A stretch of DNA of 64,000 nt. Source: Trichoplax adhaerens. Taxonomy: Eukaryota > Animalia > Placozoa. The notes under the pieces were generated by a model that worked only from the letters and a program-made list of their open reading frames with translations, was not told where the DNA came from and did no database searches. Each line of letters starts with the position of its first letter. The stretch's first letter is position 1. Positions 28,717 through 42,600 of the stretch are shown here, piece after piece. Where the stretch lies: positions 280,612 through 344,611 of the forward strand of contig NW_002060979.1 in NCBI RefSeq assembly GCF_000150275.1. Direction: 5' to 3'. Position numbers and translations under genes: made by a program.

Positions 28717-29964
28717 GGATTGCATAAAGTTACTAATATCAGGGCTTCCTTCAATGATAATGCTCAAAGTTTAATAGCTTATACTTAAATGTGCGTTCCA
28801 TGTACTCTATATCTTAAAAAACATATTGTACTCATTCGATATTTGGACTAAATTCACACTATCGAACAATTTAAGGCATTTCGAAATGAATATCTAATGA
28901 ATAATTACATTCTGGTAATACGATGTCTTAGGAAATTTATTAGATACTTTTATGTGATTGACTTAGTATCTTAGTAAAATCTGGCATACAGATTTATTGA
29001 TAAAGTGAAATTACTGATTTAGTATCGATTGCTGTAATTAACAAAATAATGTGTTACCTCACTTTTACCTTTTCGAAATTCCTGTTAGATGCGCTGGTCT
29101 AAATAAGATTATTATGGCCAAATCAGCGATTTATTAGCCACATAATACGCGATAGATTAAATCAAATAACTAACTTAGGTTATCTTTATATTGCTTGAGT
29201 CATTTTGTTGAATGCCTTATTTAAGTTTAGAGTAGAGCATCGCAATGATGTTAGTCATCGGCAAGATTCAATTCTTAAAAATGTTTAGGACTTGTAATAG
29301 TATTTTAATATTACGTTAATGCTATTACGCTGATTTAGATCGTGCTTTTACCTCCCAGTGAGGGTATATCCGTTTCTACCTAGAGAAATAAGATGCTAAG
29401 AATTTTTACTTAGTCGATTTAGCCGGACAGACGATAAAATTTTACTAAATGATCTGTAGTGTGAATTATAATTCTATTTACTGTCATGTGCGGTCAACAA
29501 TGCGATTTATGATTAATCTATATGTTTGAGAGAGTATGATAAATCATTCAATTGAGAAATTCAAACATTTTCATCAAAATGTGATTTATGAGTATTTTAC
29601 TTCATCCATACTGTGAGAGATAGGTTCTTTACAAAGTGCTCACTAAAATGCGACCTAAGACAGAAAACGTGTAGGCATGATAAAAAGCAAATTATCATTA
29701 AGTTTTAGTAAGCAATGGTTAGATAAAAGTTCAGAAGTAACTATTGATATCGTAAGAAGTCATCAAAGATATCAGAAAATAATTTAAGTTCATTACTTTG
29801 AGTGTTATTACGGAGTAACCTATTGCACTCCCGAACAACTGTAGCATTTTAATATTTTTATATAATTCGGGGAAACAACTTGCTATATTTAACTAAAGAA
29901 GTTACGAATACTGATAGTGCTTTGTACTTCGATCAACTGATTTTCCTAAACTGTATTTTGATAG

Positions 29965-32900
29965 GTTCTATCGGCTGCTGGAAATACGTGGTGTCTCAGA
30001 AATGATTCCAACGGTAAATTTTAAATAGCATTTTTTTGAAACTATGAAACCATCAGTATCTGTATACATCCTTAACTTTAAAGTAAAGTACAAAAGGTAT
30101 ATATCGAATTCTGTTACGCTTGATTATGTTCTGGTTTGAAGTAGTTTTGATATTTCACCTTAAAAATTTATCCATACCGTTACAATATTTTGTCTATAAT
30201 TAGAAATCGGTTATAATAGATAAAATTTATAGAGGTGACTTGGTAATGGCAGCCAATTCGCGTCTGGATGATAAGACGATCACAAAACAAGTTACATTTT
30301 CCGTAAGTTATAATTTAAAATCTGTATTTTTCCCCTATACTTTAAGCTATCATCGTTACTAATAAAGGTCTAATTTTCTAGGTAGCCAAAGTAATAAATC
30401 AAAGCTTAAAATTGAGAGTATTTCCATTAACTGTTACAGTTGATAAAATTTTGTGAGTGCTTGTGTGATAGAATGGTGTATATTTTTTTACCTAAGTATT
30501 CTTTACATAGTTATTCGTATGTGCTTTATGATAGAAACCTCATCCTTCAGAGTGATTGAATTCGTTGTAGCGAGAATATTATGATATTCAACAATTTATT
30601 TACATTCCAGTTTAACTCAGTATACAGCGGTGTTCTCAAGAGTAGATTTACTATTATTAATATTATTCTACAAAATCATTTAAAATCGATATTGGAAATT
30701 GTAATGACCGAGTAATACTCTTTTACTATTACTGTAGCTTCGCGACCTCTAACTCTTAATCTGAGTTATTCAAGTTAAGCAAATCCTTTCGATATGCAAT
30801 AAACCGTCTCGACCGAGAGAATAGTTTTAAAACTACGTTTATTATTCCGTCTGTCCGCAAGAGCGAATTCAATTTTTACCTCTCATATGATCAGTCGAAA
30901 ACAGCTAAGATAAACCGGATAAACGGACTTAAGATTATTTTTACAAGCAATCATTTCATTACAAAATCATATAGCATAAGCTTACATCCTATAGTAAACG
31001 TATAATCTAATACCGTTAATAAGCAGAAATTGACCCTGGTTAAGATGAAATGGATAACTTTTAACACGTGACTAATAGCTTATCAATATCTATATTAAGA
31101 CGATATGTTATACACATATATATCTAGCTATCATCAAAATAGCATAGATTAACATCATTGAAATCATTACATGGAACAATCTGTTATTTAGAATTAACCC
31201 TTCAAATAATCGCTTTAATAATAACAAGTTTATTATTGAATTATATAGAAAATCAGCAGGTACCGTACGAATTAGATATAGATTATTATTCGTCACCGAA
31301 CAAAACTTATCTATAATTTGGTTGAATTGCGCAGCCAGCTTCATTTCTACGGTCGGCATAAACCTAGTTACTTCAAGTTCTATCACCGGTATTTCATGAT
31401 TTCATGATAGTATAATCCTACTTAAACAATAAAATCGACTATGTATAACGGTAGATTATTCTTATTGTAATTACCAGATTATGATGAATGCATAAGTGGC
31501 AAAACCAATCAATGCCTCAAAGATGAGTTGTGCGTTAATTTACTTGGCACTTATACATGTCGCTGTAAGCCTGGGCTATATCGAAATGCAAGCGGCATTT
31601 GCAACGGTTAAATAAACATTCGAGATATAGTTAATTGTTAAACTTTCTCTCAATTATTATAACATTTCTAGGCTATGACATGTATTATACTGCTTATATT
31701 GTCATCTCTGGCTATTAAATCTGGAAATGAAATAAGTTACTGTACACTATCTGCAATAGAATTATTACTGAAATTCTGCTACTCTAGTTCTCGACATAAT
31801 TTAGTTGATATAGAAAATAACATAAATGCTCTAATACTTTTTAATTTGATTCCTATAAGGTACAACAAAAATGATCGTTATGTTAGTAGAGAAGAGGACC
31901 TAAGATTAAATTTCTTCTGTTTTAGTTTGCCAGTCAGGATACTGCTTAAACGGAGGCACGTGTAAAATTATACAGGAGAGGGCAATTTGCGTGTAAGTTT
32001 TTGCTATGGTTATTAATGTATGATGAAATAATCATCATACTAAAACATCTGTTAATCTGATTTTAATTAATAAAAAATAATCATCTGTACTATACTATAG
32101 ATGTATTACTCCTTACCGTGGGCCAACATGCAATATAGAAGGACTGAGAAGTAAATCCTTATATCTCGTGTTTTGATAATTACTCGCGTATCAGCCTTGC
32201 TGTATGATAATATAAAAGATAAATATCAATTTTTAATAGCCACTATCCTGCTCGTTATTTATTAAACAATGCTACTTGCATGGGATATAAATTTAAATCG
32301 TCATAATGTGTCTCAAAATTGAACTTTTAATTTTATATGCATATCATAATTTAACAGTTTCTACTTCTTTCGGAATTGGAATGATATCAATTAGTGGAGT
32401 ATTATTCCTCTTCTTGATGATCCTTTGTGTTCGAGCTTATATCAAGATATTAAATAGGTATAGCACCTGCCGCTCATGGGCTGCTAGCTAGGACTCTTTT
32501 TAGACTGTCTTTAGGCAATGCTAGATATTATTATGCAATCTTTTAGTCAGCGTTCAAAAAGATTGGAAAACATTGAGATTTTTCTTTATTTGGAGATATT
32601 CCTGTAGTTAATGCTTCAATTTCACATATTGCTAGTAATTGCATGTTAAAGATTTATATTTGATTTAAGGCAAGAGCTTGAAGATGAACAATGTTTTAGT
32701 GAAACCTTAACAATATTAAAATTATAGCGCGGTAGCAATGATAAATAGATATAGCAGCAATACTTGATTTATCGGATCAATAATAGATTGATTAATAGTA
32801 AGTCCTTTTAATACTATATTTATGATAACGAAGCGTATTTTTATCGGTATGCTAGAAGTTAGTTTAAGATTGTAAGACTTTAAATTAATGTAATGAAATA

Positions 32901-33597
32901 TTACTAACGATACTACCTATGATAATATAAATATTAGGAGAGAATTAGAGAAGGATTCAGAAGAGAATCATCACTCAGTAAGGTCGAGAGTTTTTAGCTC
33001 AAGTAAGTTTGCATGAGATAAGAGCCAAGGATTATACTTATGGGGAGCTTCAGCTTCAGTAAATATCTTTACTAATAGTGCGAAATCGTTTTCCTAAATG
33101 GATAAAAATCATAGATATGCTGCCAGGTTACTTTTCTTCCACTTAATAAATATGAGCAATAAGAATAGATAGAGATTTAGAAATATTGGAAGTTTTGTAT
33201 TCATAAATTTTATTCTGTCCAAACTTCTGTAGTCTCATCTACTGTAGCATTCTAATTTAGCGAATAATGTTTATCAAACATGCAAGATGATAATAGACAC
33301 TTTTGATACTATAGGCATCTCGCTCTTTTATTTTTCTCTATCCATATATTAAATCATAATTCATTTTGTGATTACAACTTGATGCTTAGCTCATACCTAC
33401 AATAAAAGAAATAAATTTAATTTCCAATTAACTTCAGTAAAACAGAAGAGTATGGAAAGTTCTGAGCTTAACCTCGAACCCATTAAAGAAATAGCAGGAC
33501 GAAATCAGGTTTGTGAATTTCTGTATTGAAGGATTGTTAAATATGAACTCCATAATAATTATTGCTATTCTAGGACGAAAATCAAGTCAATAAATAG
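29965..33597 (+). CDS. Gene 3 (first exon unresolved): SEA-cbEGF-EGF-TM-tail membrane-mucin-like protein
   Basis: Exons 29965-30013; SEA 30220-30302, 30382-30452 (71 nt, same length as the gene 4 SEA exon) and 31249-31388 (KSAGTVRIRYRLLF..); cbEGF 31478-31606 (DYDECISG..VNLLGTYTCRC); split EGF 31926-31992 + 32101-32150; TM 32358-32457; tail 32938-33002, 33438-33508, 33574-33597. Phases are consistent. Confidence 0.78.
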
Positions 33598-34784
33598 AGA
33601 AATGACGTCGTTGTGACTCGTGAAGAAATAAATTAAAGGATTATATTTGATTAAGCAACTTTAATACTATTAGCTCATATTATTTGCTTAAGTAATAGAT
33701 ATTTCATATTTTAGCTTAATAAATTGCTATCTTAATTGTTGCGGTTAGAGCAGTGCTCGTTATTACAATTACATTAACTCACGATATCGCTAATATTGTA
33801 AGGCTCATGCAAACCTTGCTCTATTGTTGGTATTTTGGAGTAATGATTTACTGTAGTAATAGAGCATTTGGACGTAGTGTTGACAATTTTAAATAATCAT
33901 TGGATTCAGGTGAAGGACTGTTATGTTTATTTAGTTGTGATGTATCTATTTTTTAGAGAGCTAGAGTACCGGCTATGTTTAAATTCCCTAAGTTCAATAA
34001 GATTCTAATTTATTTTGTTCTGAGGTCTTTCTCGGAATTTATTTTATGTGAGACATAAGATTACTTGAAATAAGCTTATACTGACTAAAATAAAAGTGAA
34101 ATTTACGCCTAAAATTGAAATGTCGAACTATCTCAGATTCAGTATATTGCCTAGTGATCGGTTACAACTTATGCATGACTACGAGTATTATATCTCTTTA
34201 GTATTGGATTTACCTCAAAGACTTACCAATATCTGATATTAATACTATGCATTAAAACTTCCGATAAATTTTTGGCATTCTTCTTAAAGCAATGATGTTT
34301 AAATATATTAATTCTCGTTAAATACTGGACTTTTACTGACATTTGCATATTGAGTTATTCGAATTTAACATCTGAATGCAGTAATGTTTGATTGTTTATT
34401 ATTGCCTAGGCCGTTACGATTCGTCATCAGATATTTTACTTACAACAAAATTCTCGAAAGTTAATCTTTAAGTGAACGTGATTTGGCGCCATTTTGGGCT
34501 TTAAACTTGATTTACTTGAGGTTAATTTTACTATGATGAATAATACTATCGATAGAAAATACCATTTTTATCTATTAATATGAATATTAAATTAGCTTTA
34601 ATAGAGGTAGAAGGGAAAGATAGTTTGTTAATGAGCTGATTAATATTAAATTGACATTGCTAACGTTTGCCGAAATTTGCGTACTTTACATGTTGAACTT
34701 TCTCAACGTAAGAGTAATCTTTGCATCAGAATAGAAAAACACTTTCTACAACGTCTTTAATTTAGCCATATCTTGGTTTATTAG

Positions 34785-35292
34785 GATGAAATTATAATTA
34801 TAAGCGTTTGCTGATAGTTGAATCATACCTTAATTTTCAACAGCATTGAAATAGGACGACATAGACAATGTGGTAGTTCTAGCTAAAAAATATTTCTGTA
34901 TATCTTACATCAGAATATAATCCTTATTATGAGAAGAAGCGTTTGCTAATAATTGAATTATATCTGAAGCTTCAATAGAGTTGATACAGAGCTGTATGGA
35001 CAATGCAATGCCAACTAAAAATATTTCTATTTATCTTCATCAAAATAAAACAGCCATTACATGAGTTTTCTTATAGTTGCACTATATCTTAAGTTTTAAT
35101 AGTATAGAAATAGGACTGAGTTGATAATATAATGCTAGCTAAAAAACATTTCTATTTATCTATAATCAGAATGAAATCATCATTGTCAGAGTTTGCTAAT
35201 AATTGCATATCTTAAGTATCAACAGCATTGAAATAAGACTACAAAGACAATGTAATGCTAGATAAAAAAATATTTCTGTTTATCTTCTATCA
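34785..35292. repeat. Degenerate tandem repeat, 4 x ~125-130 bp
   Basis: Recurring gcgtttgct..atagttg..caacagcattgaaatagga..gacaatg..ctagctaaaaaatatttct; anchor motif at ~34886, ~35017, ~35141, ~35266. Confidence 0.75.
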
Positions 35293-35827
35293 ATATGTCA
35301 ATAATAGACTTTCAATAAATAAGTTTTTTGAACAATACTACGCGCCGATTTTATTCAATAACTTGTTATGCGTGGTAATATCTTCAGTTATCACGTGGTA
35401 ATAAGAATCTTTTGCCTAAAGCAGTCTATTAAAGACAGAAGTTTGTATAAATTTGTTATTTAGTATAACTTTAATAGGTAGCTACCGTCATAGGTTAATA
35501 TCTACCGCCTAGAGACCTGTTTAATGATCTCTGAGAAGATAAATTAATGGTCATGGTGATTCAAGGTCGAGCCATGCCTTATGCGATTTTGCTATCAATC
35601 GTGGTAAGAATTAGAATGATATTATTTTAAAAAGCTTTACGGTTTGCACAAAAAAAGGTTTATAGAGAGCGATTAAAGCTGTTAAATTATAAATTAATTA
35701 TATAATGGATAAATTTTATTTGGATTTAATTACTGTATAATGAGATATTTTCACGCGTAGGCAGATGATGGCGCTGCAATAGTGGTTTAATTCAGTCTCT
35801 TTGAGACCATCACAGCTCATCATTTCC

Positions 35828-35852
35828 ATGCTGATTTTATTTACTATTTTAG
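35828..35852 (+). CDS. Candidate signal-peptide exon of gene 4 (MLILFTILG|RASTTAC..)
   Basis: Hydrophobic stretch ending in a phase-1 donor (ttag|gtaata) compatible with exon 39697. An upstream in-frame TAG at ~35780 makes the true start uncertain. Confidence 0.4.
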
Positions 35853-38559
35853 GTAATATTACTATGTTCAACTGTCTACGGAAGCCAAATTCAGCTTAAA
35901 AGTGGTTAGTGAACTAAAATTATTATTGTAACTGTAGAATGTAAAATAAAATTGATTACCAAGTCTAGATGCAATCGGTGCAAGTTTTTCATTCCTAAAG
36001 TATTTGACCAAATAGCTTTGGTACATTAGTCTATAACTCTATCTTCAAACTACTTTGAAACACACTAAGGGATTGAGATTATGACTTTATTACTGTAGTA
36101 GAGGGACACAAGGATTACGTCTATGAACAATGAATTCATTTTTTGCTTTAGTGGATTTCTAAATTCTCCACTATATTAAAATTATTATTTTTTGGGCTAT
36201 ATTAATAAATCGGTTAGAAATAGTGTGCATAAATATGACCATACAGTTATTTGAAATCAAACAATAATTTAAAAAATTTAGATTTGTCATCACATTGGGA
36301 AATAACCTGTTGATCTAACTTGAGGACTTAATTGCTTGGATTAGCTTTTCATAACGTGAACGACTAACGACATTTAGCACTGCCATCAGGATTTGATTCA
36401 ATAAAAAGTGTTCTTTAACCTTATACTAAACGCTGTTGGCACGATATTTAGTATAAATTAAAAATTTTACCGAAATTACTAGCAGCTTAAATATTTTATT
36501 AATTATCGTACTGATGTGAGAAAACTAATTGAAACTGCTAAGACGGTATAATGGTTAATGTTCTTTGATTTTGATTTACGTACATAAGGAAATGAAAAAT
36601 CTTGGGATATTAATTAATACAAAAATTTGACTAGTTTATTATACTAATTGAGAAGTATGGCTCTATTCGTAGTTTCTTGTTTGCTATTGCTGCGATAAAT
36701 CTACCTGTTTCACGTGAAACTAAATTATAATATATATGGCATGGAAGAAATAGAATGCAGCTCCAATTAATAAAGGCACCATCGATGAAATGATCTTATA
36801 GAATTAGTTAGCATGATTTGTTCCATTTACGTTGTTAAGGATCTCAAGAAATGAACTATCTGATTTGGATTAAGATAGATTTGCAATTGAGACATTTGAA
36901 CGTGACGTTACGAACTATTTTGCTATAAATTTATTATTGAATTCATAAGAAGGATAATTAGAAAATTTTTTACTTGAAATTACTCGATGACGTTTTTGTA
37001 GTACTTACATATATTACACTAAAAAATCCTTAAACAGCTATAAATTTTCCAGTAAATGATAAACAGATTGTGTTACAGAAATAATTTAAACCTATTGTTA
37101 AGATTTGATATCGATGATGATAAGTTCCTAAATTATGAGATTTCAGAGTTCAAAGTAGAAAGAAAAATTGCTGGTGAAATTAGGCGATACTTGTAGGATA
37201 ATTTATCGGAGATTACCGTACGACCACTTTTGTGGTACAAAGCTACAATACATTAAGCACGAGCTTTGATTTTGTTTTGCATGCAAAGCCGTACAGAGTT
37301 GCAATAGTTTGTCAGTCCATTTGACACCATTACAGATTACTTGCAGTAATGGCGATAAATGCCTGACCCAGTCAGAGATCTTTAATGAAAAAAATTATGG
37401 TTCTATGGCAATTATTCATTAACAATAATTTCGTGGGCGATAGCCTAAATTGTAATACCTCAAGCAGTCGCGGCGTATTTCATATTAAAATGAATTACTT
37501 GCAATGATATCTAACTTTATTATACTTAAACAAAGTTGAATATCATGGCGAATCTATGTAACAAATCAAGCTTGGTAAACGAAGACCTACTAGGAAATAT
37601 CGTTTGCTAGTTAGATCATCAAAGCTTTATCGCTTTTTATCATTCACTTAATATAGTTTAGAGTGAAACCTGGTCCTTTAAATTACATCTACAACAACGC
37701 AACTTTTGAACAGTAACAGGTAGCTCATTTTCAAAACTAGGACTATATATATGGAGAAAGTGGTTAATAGGCAAATAATCTGTCTTTTATTGGAGACATT
37801 ACAATGCATGAATCATCTCACAGTAGTAGTAGTAGCTCTTTGAATGGAACTATAACGTAATAAATGACGTCGGGAACGAATATATTTATTTCTTGCGGAT
37901 GCATTATCAGTCAGCTAATGCGAACACTGGTAATTTGGACACTCTAATTCCTATTATGTTTCATTATTGCATGTAAGCGAAGCCACTGAAAAGCGGGTAA
38001 CTACTACAGTTGCAATAAATCAAGCTAATATGGACTAGATTGTGCAGAATAGCAATCCAACTACGTTGCAGTGGAGTAAATAGGATAGAATATTCTAAAT
38101 AGATATGGCATTATGTTAGAAGATTTAGACAGTACAGCTAGCAAGTTTAAATTATCGTTCTAGTCAGCAATCTGGAAATATCAATATGACATTTTGTAGA
38201 AATCATAATGAATAGCCACAAGATAGTATTATTTATAAAATATAAGAAGCTGTGGATAAATGGTTAATATAGCATAAATTTCAGGTGTTCAGACGGTAGC
38301 TTAGGTTAGCAAATTGGAAATATCAACAGGATCGGAATTTTGGAGAACTTATATGTAACTAGCACCAAATAGTATCAGTTATAAAATGCTACGAGCTATG
38401 GATATTGGATAGTCAATATCGAATAAATTTCGGATGCTTATACCAACTAAAAAATTACCGCAGATATCAATAAAATACTGCAGGTGCTATCAGGTTTGCT
38501 AATGTAACATCTACGTTATTAAGATTAGAAATATAATTTATAATTATGAAGATAGTACC

Positions 38560-39191
38560 TGTTACAGTGTTAAATACTGTATTACAGTAGAAATAACTAT
38601 GTTAGGATAATTCTATTAGACTATCCTTATTTAGTTAACTTCTAATTTGGATATACTGTGTTTTAATATAGCACTGACTTTTTATGACAGTGACACTTAT
38701 ACACATACTGAAATTAATAGTTATAATAGGGAATGCAAATCATCTACTTACAGTTCGAATCATTGTGATTGCAATTTACTTATGGTAGACTGTAAATTAT
38801 CATGGAAATGTTCCGTGACAGGACATATCGTAATCTGACTATTCTGTATTAGTCATTACATGTCTATGTTCGTAAATACTGTTGTCTGCATTAAGGGAGC
38901 AGTAGCTAAAATTAATATCTAATTCAGTAAATGATTCTAATGTTAATTGTATTAACTATGAATCATGAACTATTGAGGAGTAATATATAAAAATGCAGTA
39001 TATCGTGAAATAAAGTGAATTCTCCAACTTAGTGTTTAACGTAAAATACGAGGCGTTTAAGTCTTTGTGTAGTCTGCTAGTAGAGCAAAAGTGTTTGTGA
39101 TAGTGTAGATATCGTTCCTTGATACGTGGTTCAAGGAATTAACTTATTGGTCGTGCATTACGTTATCTTGCTGCAAAGCTGTTTTGTGACA
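38560..39191 (+). mobile_element. 632-bp solo LTR (family B)
   Basis: TGTTACAG...GTGACA termini, perfect 5-bp TSD GTACC (38555-59 / 39192-96), TATATAAAAA at 38984; near-identical inverted copy at 28086-28716. Confidence 0.9.
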
Positions 39192-39696
39192 GTACCCTAA
39201 GACTGAAGTAGATTATTCTCATTCTTGAATCGCATAAGTAGCAGGTTTTATTATGCTACAAGTACTCCGCCATTTCTTATGAGTCATCGTAGCGCTTTCT
39301 TCTTCATCATTAGCACATTGCTTTTGTTTGACAACAGGATACAATTACTTCCCTAAAGGCGTGGTGCCTTGAAGAAAAGATCGATTACTAGTTGTTGTTT
39401 TCAATTACAGATAGCGTTAATTGACTGTTGAATAGAAATTAAAGTCTATTGTTGATATTATTGAAATTGTCGAATACGTCTGTTAAATATGTTAATGAAG
39501 TTGTTTAAAAAGTAATATATTTCAATAAAATTATTGGCCTGCCTAATCGTCAATAATTTCCGGTTAATACATCATTGTAGCCATAGTAGAAATACTACTA
39601 GATGATCATGACGTCAATGATTTTCGATCCAGCTATTGCATTTCATAATGAAGGGGCAAGGAAATATTCTTAGCTAGGATTAATTCTTATTAATAG

Positions 39697-42600
39697 GTCG
39701 TGCCTCTACCACTGCTTGCGATAGCCAACCTTGCTTCCATGGATATTGTCAAAGCATTAATACTAATGAGTATCGATGCTTATGTTACAATGGTTACCAA
39801 GGACAACTTTGCAATGAAGGTTTGATTCAATGCTTATTATAATATCTTGGAGGATGCAATGTCTGAACTAATAAATTAACTATACTCTCCTTTGTCTGTA
39901 TTAAGCCTATACGTCTTGCTATAGATCTTTTGAATATTAGAAAAAGTGCATCACTTTGTTATATATCAGAGCTATATTATGCTATTGCATGTTACTAATA
40001 ATGTCTAAATTTGAAGTAAAGATCGTAATGCTGTTCACTGATACGAGTGTAAGCATTTTTCATTAGTTAATGCTATATTGTAACGAGCAATTTTAAGGAA
40101 GAATTTTACCGTTTATTGCATGCTAATCTACAGTAATCAAATATTTTCTCAAATCATGTAATATTGCCTGGTATGAAGAAATACCAGACCCTTTGCTATT
40201 AAGAGAAATTAATTTAAAGCCTATAGTGTCGTAGTTGCAGGCTGTATTATGGCAAAATGAATTTGATTCTATTTTTGTTTGATAGCTATAAATGCATCTG
40301 GGTTACCATGCGGCAGTAGCCCCTGTACGGCTGGCAAGTGTGTTAATGTAAGAAATGAAACCGGAATTGCCTACTTATGCCTATGTAATTCCCAAAATTC
40401 AACTTCCTCTTGTGTGCCAGGTATTGTGAAGTCTGTCAATTCTTAATTTACTTAGTGTTATCATATGAGCTGAGGAGTCAAGCTTTAATATTTTAGTTTA
40501 GTCACAAAATATGTACGTTTAATCATGTAATTAATTAAATTTCATTTAAATTTACAAAATATCCGACTAAGTTAATCATAGAAAACCAATGTACAGTAGT
40601 TAATTATGCTAGTAATTTAATTTTATATAATTGTCACACTTTCAATTCTGTGACAAAGAAATGAAAAGTAAAAGTCTATAAGTAACTGCTGACTTAAACC
40701 CCCTTTTAATAAGCGTTAAAAGACACAGGGAAGTACTGTGAAGAGAGAAATTCTATTAGCATAGACGCATTTACAACTTTTCACCAACATAACTCAACTC
40801 AAATGTTCCCATTTATATAGGAACCGTTTAATTTGTAAATAACTACAGTATAATTATGTTATCTTACTAGGAGAATAATCTAGAACTGAGATACTCCTTA
40901 CATAGCTTTTTTTATCAGTAAATATTTTTGATCTCTAAATCATACTAAATTTTCATCTAAGCATGTACTCGTATGTTGTCTGGTTCAACTGTCATTAGCA
41001 AGAACTTGAATCATCTTACTACTATCTATACATTATAATAATCAATATCAAATACGTAATAAACTATCATAAATAATATCCACGTTAAAGCATTGCTTAT
41101 CTAGTACTGCAAATATGGATATTTTTGATATTAGCTACTACCATACTTATTAAAATGTCCTAAGAGTAAGATATCACTGTAACAGTAATCATGCCAATAA
41201 TTTGATTGCGGTTGAAAAACATCGAATTTTATTCTGATTTGATTGTACGTAACTAATGTACTTGATCATTTCGATAAATTAAATTTCACTTAGAATACAG
41301 CCGTTGTCCTTCGCCATGTGCGAGTAATCCATGTTTAAATGGTCAATGCTCCGTAATTAATAGAGGTACTACTTATGCCTGTGGCTGTTGGCCAGGTTAT
41401 ACCGGCAAAAATTGTGAGAGTACAGGTAAATCTGGAGTAGAAATTTTCATGAATCAATTAATGAGTTAACTAAATAATGGATGGTTCTTAATATTAATAA
41501 ATTAAAAATCGAAATCGTTCGTGATTGTTATCTGTATTTGCCAGTTATAGCACAGATATTAATGTTTTGGCATTTTCTTACTGTATTGCTATTTTATGTA
41601 TGCAATCTTCGCTCGTATTGTATCTTGGCACTTTCAATTGGACGGATTCTTTAATATGTAATTAACATGGAAATATTTCTAATTAATTAATTGCGGCCTT
41701 TAAAAATTTGAATTAATGAGATTTTTTCCTCATAACATTTATAGTATGGTTATCAAAACACTCTAGCACACTGGCAAAGCTGCTCCGTGTATAAAGGATC
41801 ATTTTGCGCTGGCCACGTAAATTATTTAGCAACTAAATTGAACGATGCTAACAAGTATGAAAAATCACTGAGTCTTGTCTATTCATTCGCCCAAGCCACA
41901 GGTGGTATGCCGTATGAATGTCTGAGATTTAGTAAACCCTACGTCTGTAGCTCACTTTATCTACAGTGCTACAATGGAACATCATTTAATAGTATGTGTC
42001 AGAGCGACTGCTTAAAATATCAGACTTTCAGAAAGAATTGCTTTTCCGGTATGATTGGCAGCGATAAAGAATTTGGACTTAAGTCATGCTCATCCATTAA
42101 ACAAAATAATCCTCCACAATGCTTTCATATTCAAGGTAAAATTTCGTCTATAGATTAATGTCATACAACTTTTAGCTTTATATTTAAATTCCACTTTTAA
42201 TAATTTTGCTAACATAAGCCGCCTCTCATAAATATGTATAATCCAATTCCGTTCTTTTCAATTTAATATACTTGATTACGGTACCTTACTTAAGTATCAA
42301 CAGGAATAGAGCTACAGGGAGCATGGAATATGAATTGGATAGCAGTTTTCTTGCTTTCATCAATTGCTAATTTAATATTTGCATTCTTCTTTACATAAAT
42401 ATGAATAAATATCATTGGTATTCAGATCCACCAAGGTAAGTTTTGAATTAAACTATGCTGCATATGCCATTATCCGTATCATTTTGAATGTTTCTTTAAT
42501 TAGAAAAATGTCTGCTGACTATTATGGATGTATTAGTAACAAACGAGAATCTTTTCCTGCTAATATTAATCAAACTTTCCCTTTTCTGTTTTATTCTTAG

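Noticed and set aside
34785-35292. CRISPR-like array
   Set aside because: Eukaryotic context; the units are wholly degenerate tandem copies with no unique spacers.
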